From Candidatus Multivoradales bacterium (GTDB lineage: Bacteria > Acidobacteriota > Thermoanaerobaculia > Multivoradales > JAHEKO01), in contig CBDFIJ010000004.1 in NCBI GenBank assembly GCA_965248055.1, positions 1,888,001 to 1,952,000 on the forward strand: a DNA stretch of 64,000 bases. The letters are read 5' to 3'. The notes under the pieces are model-generated. The model had not been told where the DNA came from. It made no database searches and saw only the letters and a program-made list of their open reading frames with translations. Of the stretch, positions 29,323 to 39,647 are shown piece by piece; position 1 is the first letter of the stretch, and the number at the start of each line of letters is the position of its first letter. A program made the position numbers and the translations under genes.

Positions 29323-30840
29323 CTAGCCCGCTGCGCCAAACTCGGCTGGGAAGTACTTGATCGCGCTCTGCAGCGGAAAGAAGGCGGCTTGGCCCAGGCC
29401 ACAGATCGAGGCCTCTCCCATGCCCCACATCACGTCATCTAGGTGGCTCAAGACCGACGGATCGCGTTGATCTTGGTAGCGCTCTAGAGTTTGCCGCAGG
29501 ATCTGGGTGCCGATACGACAAGGGGCGCATTGACCGCAGGATTCGTCTTCAAAAAAGACCGCTTGAATCAAAGCTGCTTCGACCATATCCACAGTGTCGT
29601 TCAAGACCACGATCCCGGCTGAACCCAGCATCGAACCGGCTTCACCGAGATGTTTGAAGTCCAAGGGTAGATCGACTTGATCTGCCGGTAGGAAGCCACT
29701 CGACGCGCCCCCCGGCGAGAACGCCTTGAGGGTTCCAACCACGCCACCGGCAGCCGGGAGCAACTCGGCAAGGGATACTCCAAGGGGTGCCTCGTAAACC
29801 CCCGGCCGAGCGACGTGGCCCGACAAACAATAGAGCTTGGTGCCCCCTTGACCGCGTCCTAAATCGCGAAACCACTCGCCGCCACGACGCAAGATTCCGG
29901 GAAGGCAAGCAATGGTCTCGACGTTCTGCACCAAGGTTGGCTTGCCGCGAAATCCTAGTTCGACCGGGTAGGGAGGACGCAGTCGCGGCATCCCACGACG
30001 ACCTTCTAACGCCTCGATCAGCGCGGTCTCTTCACCGCAGATATACGCCCCGTGCCCATCGACGAAGTGCCAGGTCAGACTGTCGCTGAGATCCGCTCGC
30101 TCTCGGGCTCGATTCAGGGCATTTTCCAGAGCTTCCCTGACATGGCCAAACTCGCCCCGCACGTAGCAGTAGATCTCGTGCGCGCCGAGCGTTTCGGCGG
30201 CGATCGCCAGTCCTTCAATCACCAGCTGCGGGCGCCGCAGAATAACCTCGCGATCTTTGAAGGTTCCCGGCTCGCCCTCGTCGGCGTTTAATACCACGTA
30301 GCGTTCAGTCTCTGCTTGTCCTTGTAGAGTGCGCCACTTGAAGTGAGTCGGGAACCCAGCTCCGCCACGACCCACTAGCCCCGATTGTTCGAGCTGTTCC
30401 AGCACCCAATCAAAACCCTCTTCGCGGGCTCTCGCTAGACCTCGATATTCAGACTCGTCGTCTGCCTCGAGATCCAAAGCCAAACCCTCGCCGAGAGTCG
30501 CCACGTGTCCGGTTCCGGTGGCAGGATTGTTGGGATCCCACACTGCGGGTGGTTGGTCGCAACGACCGAGACAGGACACCATGCCGACCCTGGACCCGTT
30601 TGCTTCTAGCTCCTCTCTGCGGACCGAGCAATCAGCGAGTTGACAGGAAAGACCCTGACAAACCCGTAGGTCGTAGTCTGGATTCGCCAGCAGGTGATAG
30701 AAACTGGCGGTACCAAAAACTTCCGCTTCTGGGGTCCCGGTGCTTTGATGGACCTGTTTGGAAACTCCAGGGCGTAAACCTCCGGCGTGCTCCAATTCGT
30801 GGAGCACAGATTCACGTTGAGGTTTACGCGGCGACATCAA
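29323..30840 (-). CDS. NuoE-NuoF-like fused diaphorase subunit, probable FDH beta/gamma partner
   Basis: N-terminal CQGLSC..CLGRC [2Fe-2S] motif; GRGGAGFP, NADEGEPGTFKDR, GAYICGEETAL, ESCGQCAPCRIG. Confidence 0.88.
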   Translation of the reverse strand: MMSPRKPQRESVLHELEHAGGLRPGVSKQVHQSTGTPEAEVFGTASFYHLLANPDYDLRVCQGLSCQLADCSVRREELEANGSRVGMVSCLGRCDQPPAVWDPNNPATGTGHVATLGEGLALDLEADDESEYRGLARAREEGFDWVLEQLEQSGLVGRGGAGFPTHFKWRTLQGQAETERYVVLNADEGEPGTFKDREVILRRPQLVIEGLAIAAETLGAHEIYCYVRGEFGHVREALENALNRARERADLSDSLTWHFVDGHGAYICGEETALIEALEGRRGMPRLRPPYPVELGFRGKPTLVQNVETIACLPGILRRGGEWFRDLGRGQGGTKLYCLSGHVARPGVYEAPLGVSLAELLPAAGGVVGTLKAFSPGGASSGFLPADQVDLPLDFKHLGEAGSMLGSAGIVVLNDTVDMVEAALIQAVFFEDESCGQCAPCRIGTQILRQTLERYQDQRDPSVLSHLDDVMWGMGEASICGLGQAAFFPLQSAIKYFPAEFGAAG

Positions 30841-30846
30841 GCTAGT

Positions 30847-31572
30847 CTAGCCGCTGTTGGGTTTCTGCTCTGAATCCTTTTTGTTCTGCCGATCAACGCT
30901 CTGATAGACCAAGTCCATATCGCACCCCTGCGGCGGAAGCTCCTTCAGCAGGTGACACCGGCCAGCTTGAACCACAAGCACCCGATCAAAGAAATTCGAA
31001 AGAGGTTGCAGTTGATGCGAAATCAAGACAATGGCCGCACCCGCTGCTCGTCGATCAACGATCCATTGAACGACCTGAGAACGAAACTCTCGATCGATGC
31101 CGTCAAACGGTTCATCCAGGATCAACTGCTGTGGCTGCCCGATCCAAGCCGCTGCGAGCAAGGCGCGGCGACGTTGCCCCTTCGACAGCTCGCGTACCGT
31201 TTCACTTGCTTGAGCTTCCAGCCCTGACCAGGACAACGCGTCGGCGACCGACTGGGGCCGCTGATTTCGCAATCCAGCGACCAGCATCAGAACAGTTCGA
31301 ATCGAAGCATAGGGACTTAGGTCGGGAGATTCCGGTACATAAGCAAGGCGGTTACGTGCCGCCACCTCATCAACCCACGGATCATGACCTCCAATCAGCA
31401 CCGTCCCCGCTAGCGGTTTGGCGACTCCGGCCATGAGTCGAGCGAGCGTGCTCTTGCCACCACCGTTGGGACCGACAACCAGCGTCAAGCCTAGGCCAAG
31501 GTCGATACTGGCATCTTGAATCACCGGGTGTTCGGGTCGGTAGCAGTAAGACACTTTGTCCAGGCGAATCAT
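30847..31572 (-). CDS. ABC transporter ATP-binding protein
   Basis: GPNGGGKST, LSKGQRRR, LILDEPFDG, ISH. Confidence 0.9.
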   Translation of the reverse strand: MIRLDKVSYCYRPEHPVIQDASIDLGLGLTLVVGPNGGGKSTLARLMAGVAKPLAGTVLIGGHDPWVDEVAARNRLAYVPESPDLSPYASIRTVLMLVAGLRNQRPQSVADALSWSGLEAQASETVRELSKGQRRRALLAAAWIGQPQQLILDEPFDGIDREFRSQVVQWIVDRRAAGAAIVLISHQLQPLSNFFDRVLVVQAGRCHLLKELPPQGCDMDLVYQSVDRQNKKDSEQKPNSG

Positions 31573-32858
31573 GAGGTTCCCGACATGGTCCCGTCGGCCA
31601 TAGGAACATAAGTCAGCTCGTCCCATCGCCCTACTCGAACTTGTCGTTCTGCGGTCGCCGCAAGAGAAACCGCCATCGGAAGGGCGAACATCAAGCCAAC
31701 CGTCACCCAAGGAACCAAGGCGACCACCATCGACAGAACAAAGCCCTCACCAAGCAAAGAAATACCAGGAGAGCTGAGCGCGGTGATTGGGCGTCTCACA
31801 GCAGTGGCACCTCTCACTGCTACGAACGGTATCGCCGCGAACACGATCGGCAAGGCGCTTGCTCTGGCTATCGCGCAAACCAAGACTCCCGGCAACGCTG
31901 AAACGGCCAACAAGCTAGCGTCAAGAACAACCAAGGTTGCAGCTGAACGCGGCAGGGAACGACTCCACTCCCATGTTGGGCGTCGCCTGGCCAGTAGATC
32001 GGCGAGTGTCGCCATCACTGCCACCGTCGCCAATAGAGATGCCATCCGTACACCGAGAGCCGTTTGCCATTCTGTGAGTTCATTGTTGCGGACAAAAAAC
32101 ACTAACGGAACAATCGCTAGCGCTGCAGCACCGAGCGCACCGGCACTGTTCCAACCAAGGGCCCGAAGAGAAATCAAAGTCCAGATCTGCGCGGCCTTGA
32201 TGCTAGACAATCTCTCCACCGTAGGCGTTCTGGAATCCCAGTGTCTCGTTCGCTGAATACCCGGCGGCTTTATTCCTCGGGGGTTTACTTCAAGAACACC
32301 CACAAGTGCGGCGCCAAGACTCAACCAGGTCCAAGTTCCGACCACCGATGCAATCCCTGCGGCCGCATAGGCCGCCCTGGCTACACCAGGAATCCTGCTG
32401 GACAATGATGTGTTGGCCACTGACCACATGAGCAACAAGATTCCAAGCATCCTAGGGATCGTAGAAAGCGGAGAGGTCATGGCTGCCGACCACCCGACAC
32501 CGACAAAGAGGATGAGAATCGGAATCTGTACAAAGAACATCCCCAGCACCGCACCTCGGCGATATTCAACACCGGTCGCCGGAAGGTGTCGTGTCCAGGA
32601 CCCAAGGTCGGTTCGTATGCGAGGGGACATTACCTTTGTCACCGCAGCGCAAGCCAAGACCAAGATAGCTATTGAAACTAAGGAGAAATGTGCCGGGTAC
32701 AGAAGCGCTGCCAACTTGCCCAAGAGTGCCCGCGGATCACCATGTAGTACCACCGCTACAACCATGGCCACAAATCCCATGGTCAAGCTCCGAAGCCCTA
32801 CACGAATCCCAGAACGCAGGTGATACCGGGCGATGGCGAGAACTGGTTCGAGGCGCAT
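31569..32858 (-). CDS. ABC exporter permease-like multi-TM protein
   Basis: About 10-12 hydrophobic segments; ATGA-coupled to the ATPase. Confidence 0.7.
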   Translation of the reverse strand: MRLEPVLAIARYHLRSGIRVGLRSLTMGFVAMVVAVVLHGDPRALLGKLAALLYPAHFSLVSIAILVLACAAVTKVMSPRIRTDLGSWTRHLPATGVEYRRGAVLGMFFVQIPILILFVGVGWSAAMTSPLSTIPRMLGILLLMWSVANTSLSSRIPGVARAAYAAAGIASVVGTWTWLSLGAALVGVLEVNPRGIKPPGIQRTRHWDSRTPTVERLSSIKAAQIWTLISLRALGWNSAGALGAAALAIVPLVFFVRNNELTEWQTALGVRMASLLATVAVMATLADLLARRRPTWEWSRSLPRSAATLVVLDASLLAVSALPGVLVCAIARASALPIVFAAIPFVAVRGATAVRRPITALSSPGISLLGEGFVLSMVVALVPWVTVGLMFALPMAVSLAATAERQVRVGRWDELTYVPMADGTMSGTS

Positions 32859-32881
32859 GATGCGCTCGCTGTCTTCTTGCT

Positions 32882-33334
32882 CTAGTTGCGGTCCAGATCG
32901 AATTGACCGTTGTGCTCGAGGCGAATCTTACGTGTGCCCACTGGGCCGACCACCCAAAGCTTGCTCTTAATCCGGTAGTTGATATCGCTCTTCTGCTCGA
33001 AAATTGAATAAACCTGGGAAGCTAGGCGCAGGTTGCTGATGAACAGCGGTACTTCCAGTGTCGCGCTGTCCAAGCCCTCGATTTCCAAGCGTTGGTTGGA
33101 AACCCCGCGACCAATTTTGGAGCTCTCGAGAAACAAATCGAAGGACGATCCGTCAATCGTCATCGGCTTACGATCACCGTTGACGATACGCAAGGTGATC
33201 GTGCCTTCGGTCTCAAAGACCTCAATGTTGTCGATGTCGAGACCGGCCAGAGTGATCTCGGGGCGCTCAAAACCCGGCAGGCTGGCACACGCAGTAGCAA
33301 GTAAGAGAAGTGCGAGAACTAGAATGCGTTTCAT
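32882..33334 (-). CDS. LEA type 2 (WHy domain) lipoprotein
   Basis: Lipobox LATAC; LRIVNG..PMTIDG, IGRGVS. Confidence 0.75.
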   Translation of the reverse strand: MKRILVLALLLLATACASLPGFERPEITLAGLDIDNIEVFETEGTITLRIVNGDRKPMTIDGSSFDLFLESSKIGRGVSNQRLEIEGLDSATLEVPLFISNLRLASQVYSIFEQKSDINYRIKSKLWVVGPVGTRKIRLEHNGQFDLDRN

Positions 33335-34220
33335 GGCTGCAGATGCTAACACCGGTGGAGAACCTCAAGGCCCCGGCTTTGAGCCGTCCAGCAAGTACGA
33401 CATCGAGTTGGTCACCGCCGGTCAAAGACAAACCTTGCCCGATCGCTTGGCGGTGGAAGAACCACTGGAGATCCGCTGGCGCGAAGCCCATGACGACGGA
33501 GCGGGGGAGCCGTTAGCAATCACCATGCGGACCCCCGGGCGAGACCAGTTCTTGGTTCGAGGTTGGCTATTCGCTGAGGGGTTGATCGAAGCTCAAACTC
33601 CCTTGACGGTGATCCGACCGACCACCGATCAAGGCCGACCAGAGCCGCATATCGTGATCGCAGAACTACCGCCCGGATTGGCCGAGGGAACCCGGGCTTT
33701 GGTGCGACAGATGTTCGTCAATTCGTCCTGCGGCTTCTGCGGCAAGCCTGGGCTGGAGGGTTTGAAGCTTCCGCGCACACCCCACTTGGCGGCTGGCCCG
33801 CAAATAGAAGAAGCGACCATCTTGGGACTGTCGACAACCTTGGAAGCTGCCCAGCCGACCTTTCAGCGCACCGGAGGACTGCACGCCGCAGCCTTGTTTG
33901 ATCCCAGTGGTGAGTTGCTCGCGGTTGAGGAGGATATTGGTCGACACAATGCGCTCGACAAGTTGATTGGTCGCGGGTTGGCCGAAGGACGACTCCCAGG
34001 CGATGACCTGTTTGTCTTGGTCTCAGGGCGGGGTGGCTACGAATTGGTGCAGAAGTGTTTGGTGGCCAACATCGCGGTGTTGGTCGCGGTTTCCGCTCCT
34101 TCGAGTGGTGCGGTAGCGTTGGCTCGTCGCTACGGCATGACCCTGGTCGGCTTCGCTCGAGAGGATCGATTCAACATCTACTCTGGGGCGGGGAGGATCG
34201 CCGCAACAAACGCCAGGTAG
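33333..34220 (+). CDS. fdhD: Formate dehydrogenase accessory sulfurtransferase FdhD (start uncertain)
   Basis: EEPLEI, TMRTPG, SSCGFCG, TGGLHAA, EDIGRHNALDKLIG. Confidence 0.9.
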   Translation: MAADANTGGEPQGPGFEPSSKYDIELVTAGQRQTLPDRLAVEEPLEIRWREAHDDGAGEPLAITMRTPGRDQFLVRGWLFAEGLIEAQTPLTVIRPTTDQGRPEPHIVIAELPPGLAEGTRALVRQMFVNSSCGFCGKPGLEGLKLPRTPHLAAGPQIEEATILGLSTTLEAAQPTFQRTGGLHAAALFDPSGELLAVEEDIGRHNALDKLIGRGLAEGRLPGDDLFVLVSGRGGYELVQKCLVANIAVLVAVSAPSSGAVALARRYGMTLVGFAREDRFNIYSGAGRIAATNAR

Positions 34221-34229
34221 AATGGCCCG

Positions 34230-34493
34230 ATGCTAGGACAATTGATCCCCCAAGCTCTACGTCGCTTCGCCGGCGGGCTACGATTTCCGCAGTTGTTTGC
34301 GCTAGTCAGCGTGTTGTTTGTCTTGGACTTTTTTGTCCCTGACGCAATTCCTTTTTTCGACGAGATGTTCCTCGGCTTGCTGACCCTGATGTTTGGTTCT
34401 TGGAAGGAGCACTCCGCCGATAAGGGCCAAGCCGCTACCACTGAGCGCCCGCCAGTCAAAGACGTCACCCCTCCCGACGCCCCCAATTCTTAG
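34230..34493 (+). CDS. Small membrane protein (DUF6116-like)
   Basis: LRFPQLF..LFVLDFFVPDAIPFFDE. Confidence 0.7.
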   Translation: MLGQLIPQALRRFAGGLRFPQLFALVSVLFVLDFFVPDAIPFFDEMFLGLLTLMFGSWKEHSADKGQAATTERPPVKDVTPPDAPNS

Positions 34494-34560
34494 TTTTCTC
34501 TTCGCAACCTGCTATCATCCGCCAGCGAGGGAACCGCTCTAAAGCTGGGGGGCTTAACGA

Positions 34561-35001
34561 GTGGGTGCCAAAAATAAGTTCATTTCTGGACTACGGTCGA
34601 AATTGCCGGTGTTGGTTGAGGTGGAAAACCTCTCGACAGAGAGGGTGCGCCTACAGCACGCCGACTCCTTCAGCATCAAGAATCTCTTGTTGCGCACCAG
34701 TCGGCCCTTACCCCTGGGTACCCCGGTGCGACTACAGTTCCTCTTTCCTGCCGATCCCGCCTTAGCGGGAGTCAGACTACCCAGCCCTTTTCGCGGTGTG
34801 GTTGTCGATGGTGAAGTTGAGAAACACCTGGACGCGGTGGATGGTCGGGTTGGGGTTCAGTTTGGTTTTAACCCGGATGACGAGGAAACCGTCCTTCTCA
34901 CCGACATTATTGGCAAATCAAACTTTGCCGAAACGCCTATGCGGCGCGCAGAAACTGCCAGCGTAGGTCGCCGTCCAGATAGCGAAAAACCGTCTCGTTG
35001 A
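34561..35001 (+). CDS. PilZ-like domain protein
   Basis: RSKLPV, PLPLGTPVRLQF, GEV..GVQF; degenerate PilZ pattern. Confidence 0.5.
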   Translation: MGAKNKFISGLRSKLPVLVEVENLSTERVRLQHADSFSIKNLLLRTSRPLPLGTPVRLQFLFPADPALAGVRLPSPFRGVVVDGEVEKHLDAVDGRVGVQFGFNPDDEETVLLTDIIGKSNFAETPMRRAETASVGRRPDSEKPSR

Positions 35002-36514
35002 CCTCCACCTTATAGCGCCGCAACAAATCTGCGGTGGTCTCTCCGCTCGCCGCTCGCTCGATGGCATCGGCGACATCCGGCCCACCTTTGCTCAAGTAAG
35101 TCTGCCAAATCGCCTGCTTAATTGACATGGTGCCCATGCTGACGTTGGGTATGGTCGCCACGCCGCGGCGCAAGTGACTAATCTTGGCTTTGAGTTCCAC
35201 TGGAGACGCCATCGGTTGTCGCTGCCACCCGGTGTAGGGCTTGGGGATCAACACGTTGACCCCGAGGTGGATCTGGCCGATGACTCCGGTAGGCGCGAGT
35301 TCTTCCAGCATCAGAGCTCGACAGGCGCGGGCTAGATCAAGGATGGCTTCTATGTCCTCGGTGTTCTCCTCTGGCATGCCGATGATGAAGTAGAGCTTGA
35401 GCTGGCGAAATCCATGGCGAAAGATCAGTCGCACCTTGTCCAACAACACCTGGTTGGGGATCGGCTTGTTGAGCTTGACTCGGAGTTCGTCCGATCCGGT
35501 CTCAGGAGCCAAGGTGATCGAGCGATCGCCGGAACGATGCAGTTCGCTAAGCACCGCTTCGGTCACCGCCGGGATGCGGATTGAAGAAACCGCGGAACGG
35601 AACCCCAGCTCATTGGAGGTCGCCAGGATGGTTTCGATCTCTGGATGATCTCCCACCGCGGTGGCCAAGAATCCGACTTGGTCGGTCACCGAGCGACCAC
35701 GCTCTAAGGCCTCCAGGATGTACTCAGTCGGATGCCAGCGAAAGCCGCCCATGCCAAAGGTCGCCCAGCAATAGCGGCACTTTTCCGGGCAGCCACGGGA
35801 CATCTCAATCAAAAATTTGTTGGAGAACTCGGTGTTCGGGGTGACGATCGCCGAGGTCGGTAAATGACCCGGCAGGCGCATCTGTTCGCCGCTCAGGTCG
35901 AGCTTGCGTAGTTTGGATTCGCTGTCGGTGCTGACTAACCCGTGTCTGCTGGGCACATAGAAGCCATTTTGCTCTGCCAGCGCTGCCATCGTCGCTTCGC
36001 GATCATCCAGCTCCAATGCGGCAAGCAAGGCCGGCAGCACATTCTCGGCGGCTCCCAGGACAAAGAGGTCAACAAACTCGACCATAGGCAGCGGATTGAT
36101 GGTGGAGCAGGAGCCTCCCATGATCACCAACGGATCATCCGAGGCACGATCGCACCGACGCACCGGGATTCGGGTGCGCTGGAGCATCTGTACCAAGTTG
36201 ACGAAGTCCTCCTCAAAGGAAACCGAAAACGCCACCGCCGGAAACGCCGACAACGGGGTCTCGGACTCGACTGAAACTGGTTCCGCGGTACCGTCGCAAA
36301 AGAACCGCTCCGCCGCCCAGTTTTCCGCCTGGTGCACCAACTCGTAGGTGCGCTGGAAGCCAAGACTCGACATGCCGATGTGATAGCTGTTGGCGTAGGC
36401 AATCGCCAGCCGACGATCGGCGTGGGGGGTCAATGGCGCCGTTGCTTTCTCTTGCTCGCGGATGCTGCGCCAATCGACATTGCCTCGATGGGCTGGGTTC
36501 CGTGGGGATGACAT
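34937..36514 (-). CDS. Radical SAM protein with N-terminal B12-binding-like domain
   Basis: GMSSLGFQ, EMSRGCPEKCRYC, TLAPETGS, LYFIIGMP; start uncertain. Confidence 0.85.
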   Translation of the reverse strand: MSSPRNPAHRGNVDWRSIREQEKATAPLTPHADRRLAIAYANSYHIGMSSLGFQRTYELVHQAENWAAERFFCDGTAEPVSVESETPLSAFPAVAFSVSFEEDFVNLVQMLQRTRIPVRRCDRASDDPLVIMGGSCSTINPLPMVEFVDLFVLGAAENVLPALLAALELDDREATMAALAEQNGFYVPSRHGLVSTDSESKLRKLDLSGEQMRLPGHLPTSAIVTPNTEFSNKFLIEMSRGCPEKCRYCWATFGMGGFRWHPTEYILEALERGRSVTDQVGFLATAVGDHPEIETILATSNELGFRSAVSSIRIPAVTEAVLSELHRSGDRSITLAPETGSDELRVKLNKPIPNQVLLDKVRLIFRHGFRQLKLYFIIGMPEENTEDIEAILDLARACRALMLEELAPTGVIGQIHLGVNVLIPKPYTGWQRQPMASPVELKAKISHLRRGVATIPNVSMGTMSIKQAIWQTYLSKGGPDVADAIERAASGETTADLLRRYKVEVNETVFRYLDGDLRWQFLRAA

Positions 36515-36575
36515 TTTCGGCAGTGAATCCAGGTGGGAAAGGGATCTTACCGCTCTCAAGTCCTTTGCTCTCGGT

Positions 36576-37451
36576 ATGCTCGCCAAGATGAGTGCTTCCT
36601 TGCTTTGGTCAACCCGGCTGCTGCTGTTGGCAATCGAATCTCTACCTCGGTTCGCGGTGCAGCCGCTGGGACAATTCTTGGCAACGCTTTACCGCTTCGC
36701 GGCCCCGCGCAAGATGCGGCGGGCGCAAACCAATTTGGCGATCGCCTTGGGCGATCAGCTCGACGACGCCGAGATTTCTCGCCTGGCGCGAGCGTCGTTG
36801 AATCATCAGGCGGTGTCGTTACTAGAAACCGTGCGTGAGCTGCGGCGACCTGGGGCGGTCACTTTCTCTGGTGTCAAAGAGTTCAACATTAGAGCACTTG
36901 ACCTCGAACAAGGAGGCGCGGGGCAGCTCTTAATCACCGCCCACATCGGGGCTTGGGAGTTCATCAACCGAGCCGGTACCCAGGCCGCTACCGGTAGCTT
37001 TTATGCCTTAGCCAAGGAACCAAAACAACCAGCCGCCAACCGACTTCTGGATGCCCTGCGTGAGTCCGCAGGGATGGAGGTTTTTCCTTCCGGTCGAAAA
37101 TCGACATTGCGGCGTATGTTGCGGGTATTGCAACAGGGCGGCTGGATCGGCCTGGCGATGGACCAAAAACCGGACGGCCCTGGTGTTCCAGTGCAGTTCT
37201 TTGGCCGCACCACTGAATTCGTCGTCGGCCCTGCAGCACTGGTCGAGCGTCAAGGGTGTCGGGTTCTGGTCGCGTTTAGCGTCCGCGAAGGAAACAGCGC
37301 TTATCGAATTCTCAGCGAAAAGCTAGAGATTGAACCCGGTGAATCTCGACAAGACCTAACCCAGAAGATGGCTGACACAGTGGAGAGGGTCATTCGTCAA
37401 TACCCCGAGCAATGGCTATGGACCTATCGTCGCTGGCCGGACGTGCGATAG
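36576..37451 (+). CDS. Lipid A/lysophospholipid acyltransferase (LpxL/HtrB family)
   Basis: TAHIGAWE, MDQKP, VQFFGR, IRQYPEQWLWTYRRW. Confidence 0.88.
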   Translation: MLAKMSASLLWSTRLLLLAIESLPRFAVQPLGQFLATLYRFAAPRKMRRAQTNLAIALGDQLDDAEISRLARASLNHQAVSLLETVRELRRPGAVTFSGVKEFNIRALDLEQGGAGQLLITAHIGAWEFINRAGTQAATGSFYALAKEPKQPAANRLLDALRESAGMEVFPSGRKSTLRRMLRVLQQGGWIGLAMDQKPDGPGVPVQFFGRTTEFVVGPAALVERQGCRVLVAFSVREGNSAYRILSEKLEIEPGESRQDLTQKMADTVERVIRQYPEQWLWTYRRWPDVR

Positions 37452-37540
37452 AGCAACGCTTGAGTAAGACAGCTCTCGTTGCCGGTGATTCTCTAGAGCC
37501 AAACCTCAACGCTTTGCGTATTCTTGATGTCGCCCCGCCT

Positions 37541-38434
37541 ATGACTCTCGCTGCCCAACTTGCCCCCACAACCGAGCCCGACAGCGCGCCGCGGGTGGAG
37601 CTGCGTTCCCTGGACACGATTTGGTTTCAGGTCACCGGCACCTTGTGTAACTTGGCTTGCCAACACTGTTTGGTTTCTGCCTCGCCAACCAACCGCACCC
37701 ATGAATTTCTTTCCCTGGAACAGGTCCGAGAGGGACTCGACGACGGCGCCTCTCTGGGTGCCAAGGAGTACTACTTCACCGGCGGCGAGCCCTTTCTCCA
37801 TCCGCAGATGGAGGAAATGATCGAGCTCGCCTTGGACTTCGGCCCGGTCACGGTCTTGACCAACGGCTTACTACTGCCAGCGGATCGCTGTCGCCGACTC
37901 AAGACTTTGTCCAATTGGTCTTCCTATTCTTTGGACTTGCGAGTGTCTCTCGATGGTTATGACGCCGCCTCCAATGATGCGGTTCGCGGTCAAGGAACGT
38001 TTGATCGGGTTTTGAAAGCCCTGGTTCGACTCAACCGAGTCGGATTGAATCCGGTGCTCACAGTCTCCGAGGTCGACAACACCGTGGGCAGCGAGTCAGG
38101 GCGCAAGCGATTCTTGGCTCTACTGCGCCAATTGGGGATCGACCAACCGCGGCTCAAGGTCCTGCCGTTGTTCTCGATCGGCGCCGAAACCGAACGGGGT
38201 GGCGGCTACGCCGACTGGCAACGCCTTCAGGCCGACGACTCAGAAGATTGGGACCACCTGCAGTGCTCCTCCTCTCGGGTGATCACCGATCAAGGCACCT
38301 GGGTTTGTCCAATTTTGGTCAACCAGCCTGGCGGGCGAATGGGTTCCCGGCTTGCTGACACCTTGGGTAGCTGCAGCGCTGATCATTCCGCCTGCTGGAC
38401 CTGCCATCAATATGGAGTTTCCTGCCGCACGTGA
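37541..38434 (+). CDS. Radical SAM protein with C-terminal Cys cluster
   Basis: TGTLCNLACQHC, FTGGEPF, VSLDG; C-terminal CSSSR..CPIL..CWTC..SC. Confidence 0.85.
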   Translation: MTLAAQLAPTTEPDSAPRVELRSLDTIWFQVTGTLCNLACQHCLVSASPTNRTHEFLSLEQVREGLDDGASLGAKEYYFTGGEPFLHPQMEEMIELALDFGPVTVLTNGLLLPADRCRRLKTLSNWSSYSLDLRVSLDGYDAASNDAVRGQGTFDRVLKALVRLNRVGLNPVLTVSEVDNTVGSESGRKRFLALLRQLGIDQPRLKVLPLFSIGAETERGGGYADWQRLQADDSEDWDHLQCSSSRVITDQGTWVCPILVNQPGGRMGSRLADTLGSCSADHSACWTCHQYGVSCRT

Positions 38435-39537
38435 GCGACTCTGACCCCTTGGCTTCAGAGTCTTTGAAGCGCCACCGCGGCAAAGCCACCTGGGGCGATC
38501 GCTTGGTTGACTTGGAACCCTTTCGCGCTGCCGCTGCGGCCCAGGGCGAAACCGGGACCGCACAACAACGACAACAAGCTGCTAAGCGGTTCTTGCGCCG
38601 CCGAGAAGGCCAGGCCTTTCCTGGGAATCAGGTCTTACTTGAGGACCACACAGTGGAAGGGCCATGGAGCAAGGTCGTAGTGTTCGGCGGGATCTACAAC
38701 AACCACAGCGCTCTCGAAACCCTTTTGGAAACAGTGCGGGACATGCAAGTCGAGGCGATCTACTGCCTCGGTGACCTGGGCGGCTTCGGACCCTCGCCGG
38801 AGAAAGTTCCACCGCTGCTCGAGAGCGGGGGAGTGCTCGGGATCCAGGGAAACTACGAGCAGTCTCTGGCCGCCAACGCTGAGGACTGCAACTGCGGTTA
38901 TACCGATCCACGCGACAACCACTACGCCAAAATCTCTTACGCCTACACCGCCGAACGATGTGACCCCGAGCTGCGTTCTTGGCTGGGGTCTCTGCCGGCA
39001 CACCGCCGGGTTTTGATCGGCGAGCAAGAATGGCTGCTGGTGCACGGATCTCCTCGGGAGGTCAACGAGTTCTTGTTCGCCTCCGCCAGCCCCGATTCCT
39101 TCTTAGACTTGCTCTGCCGCCAATACCGCTGCCACGGATTCTTGTGCAGCCACAGCGGGCTCCCTTGGCAACGAACCCTCGCCTCTGGACGCCAAGTGGT
39201 CAACGTTGGAGCGCTGGGTCGACCCGCCAACGACGGCGATCCGCGAGTGCGCTTCGCGGTCTTGGAGCGAGATATCCGGCCCAAGAATCAGCCCAGGGAC
39301 CAGCGCAGCGACCATCCCAAGAACCAGCCCAGCGAACTCAAAGCCGGAGCGCCCACAACCAGCACGCCCAAAACAACCGTGACCATCCATAAGCTGGCCT
39401 ATGACCAGCACCAACTGGCGCGGGAAATGGAACAGGAGAACTTGCCTCAACCCTTCATCGACACCATTCTCGGTGGCTGGTGGACTACTTGTTTGGAGAT
39501 TCTTCCGGCCAAAGAGCGTGCTCTTGGCAAATACTAG
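38431..39537 (+). CDS. Calcineurin-like metallophosphoesterase
   Basis: GGIYNN, CLGDLGGFG, QGNYE, DCNCGY, HGSP, CSHSG, GWWTTCLE. Confidence 0.8.
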   Translation: MSDSDPLASESLKRHRGKATWGDRLVDLEPFRAAAAAQGETGTAQQRQQAAKRFLRRREGQAFPGNQVLLEDHTVEGPWSKVVVFGGIYNNHSALETLLETVRDMQVEAIYCLGDLGGFGPSPEKVPPLLESGGVLGIQGNYEQSLAANAEDCNCGYTDPRDNHYAKISYAYTAERCDPELRSWLGSLPAHRRVLIGEQEWLLVHGSPREVNEFLFASASPDSFLDLLCRQYRCHGFLCSHSGLPWQRTLASGRQVVNVGALGRPANDGDPRVRFAVLERDIRPKNQPRDQRSDHPKNQPSELKAGAPTTSTPKTTVTIHKLAYDQHQLAREMEQENLPQPFIDTILGGWWTTCLEILPAKERALGKY

Positions 39538-39542
39538 GGTCT

Positions 39543-39598
39543 GGCCGCCAACACTAGGCCGCCAACACTAGGCCGCCAGCGCTGGGCCGCCAGACCTA
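39543..39598. repeat. 4 x 14-nt degenerate tandem repeat (GGCCGCCAACACTA)
   Basis: Two perfect and two variant copies in the intergenic spacer. Confidence 0.8.
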
Positions 39599-39647
39599 GC
39601 TGTCAGTACTGGCCTGGCGAACCATCAACTCATAACCAATTGGTTTA

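Noticed and set aside
33033-33332. N-terminal extension of fdhD in the ORF track
   Set aside because: Antisense shadow of the LEA lipoprotein gene
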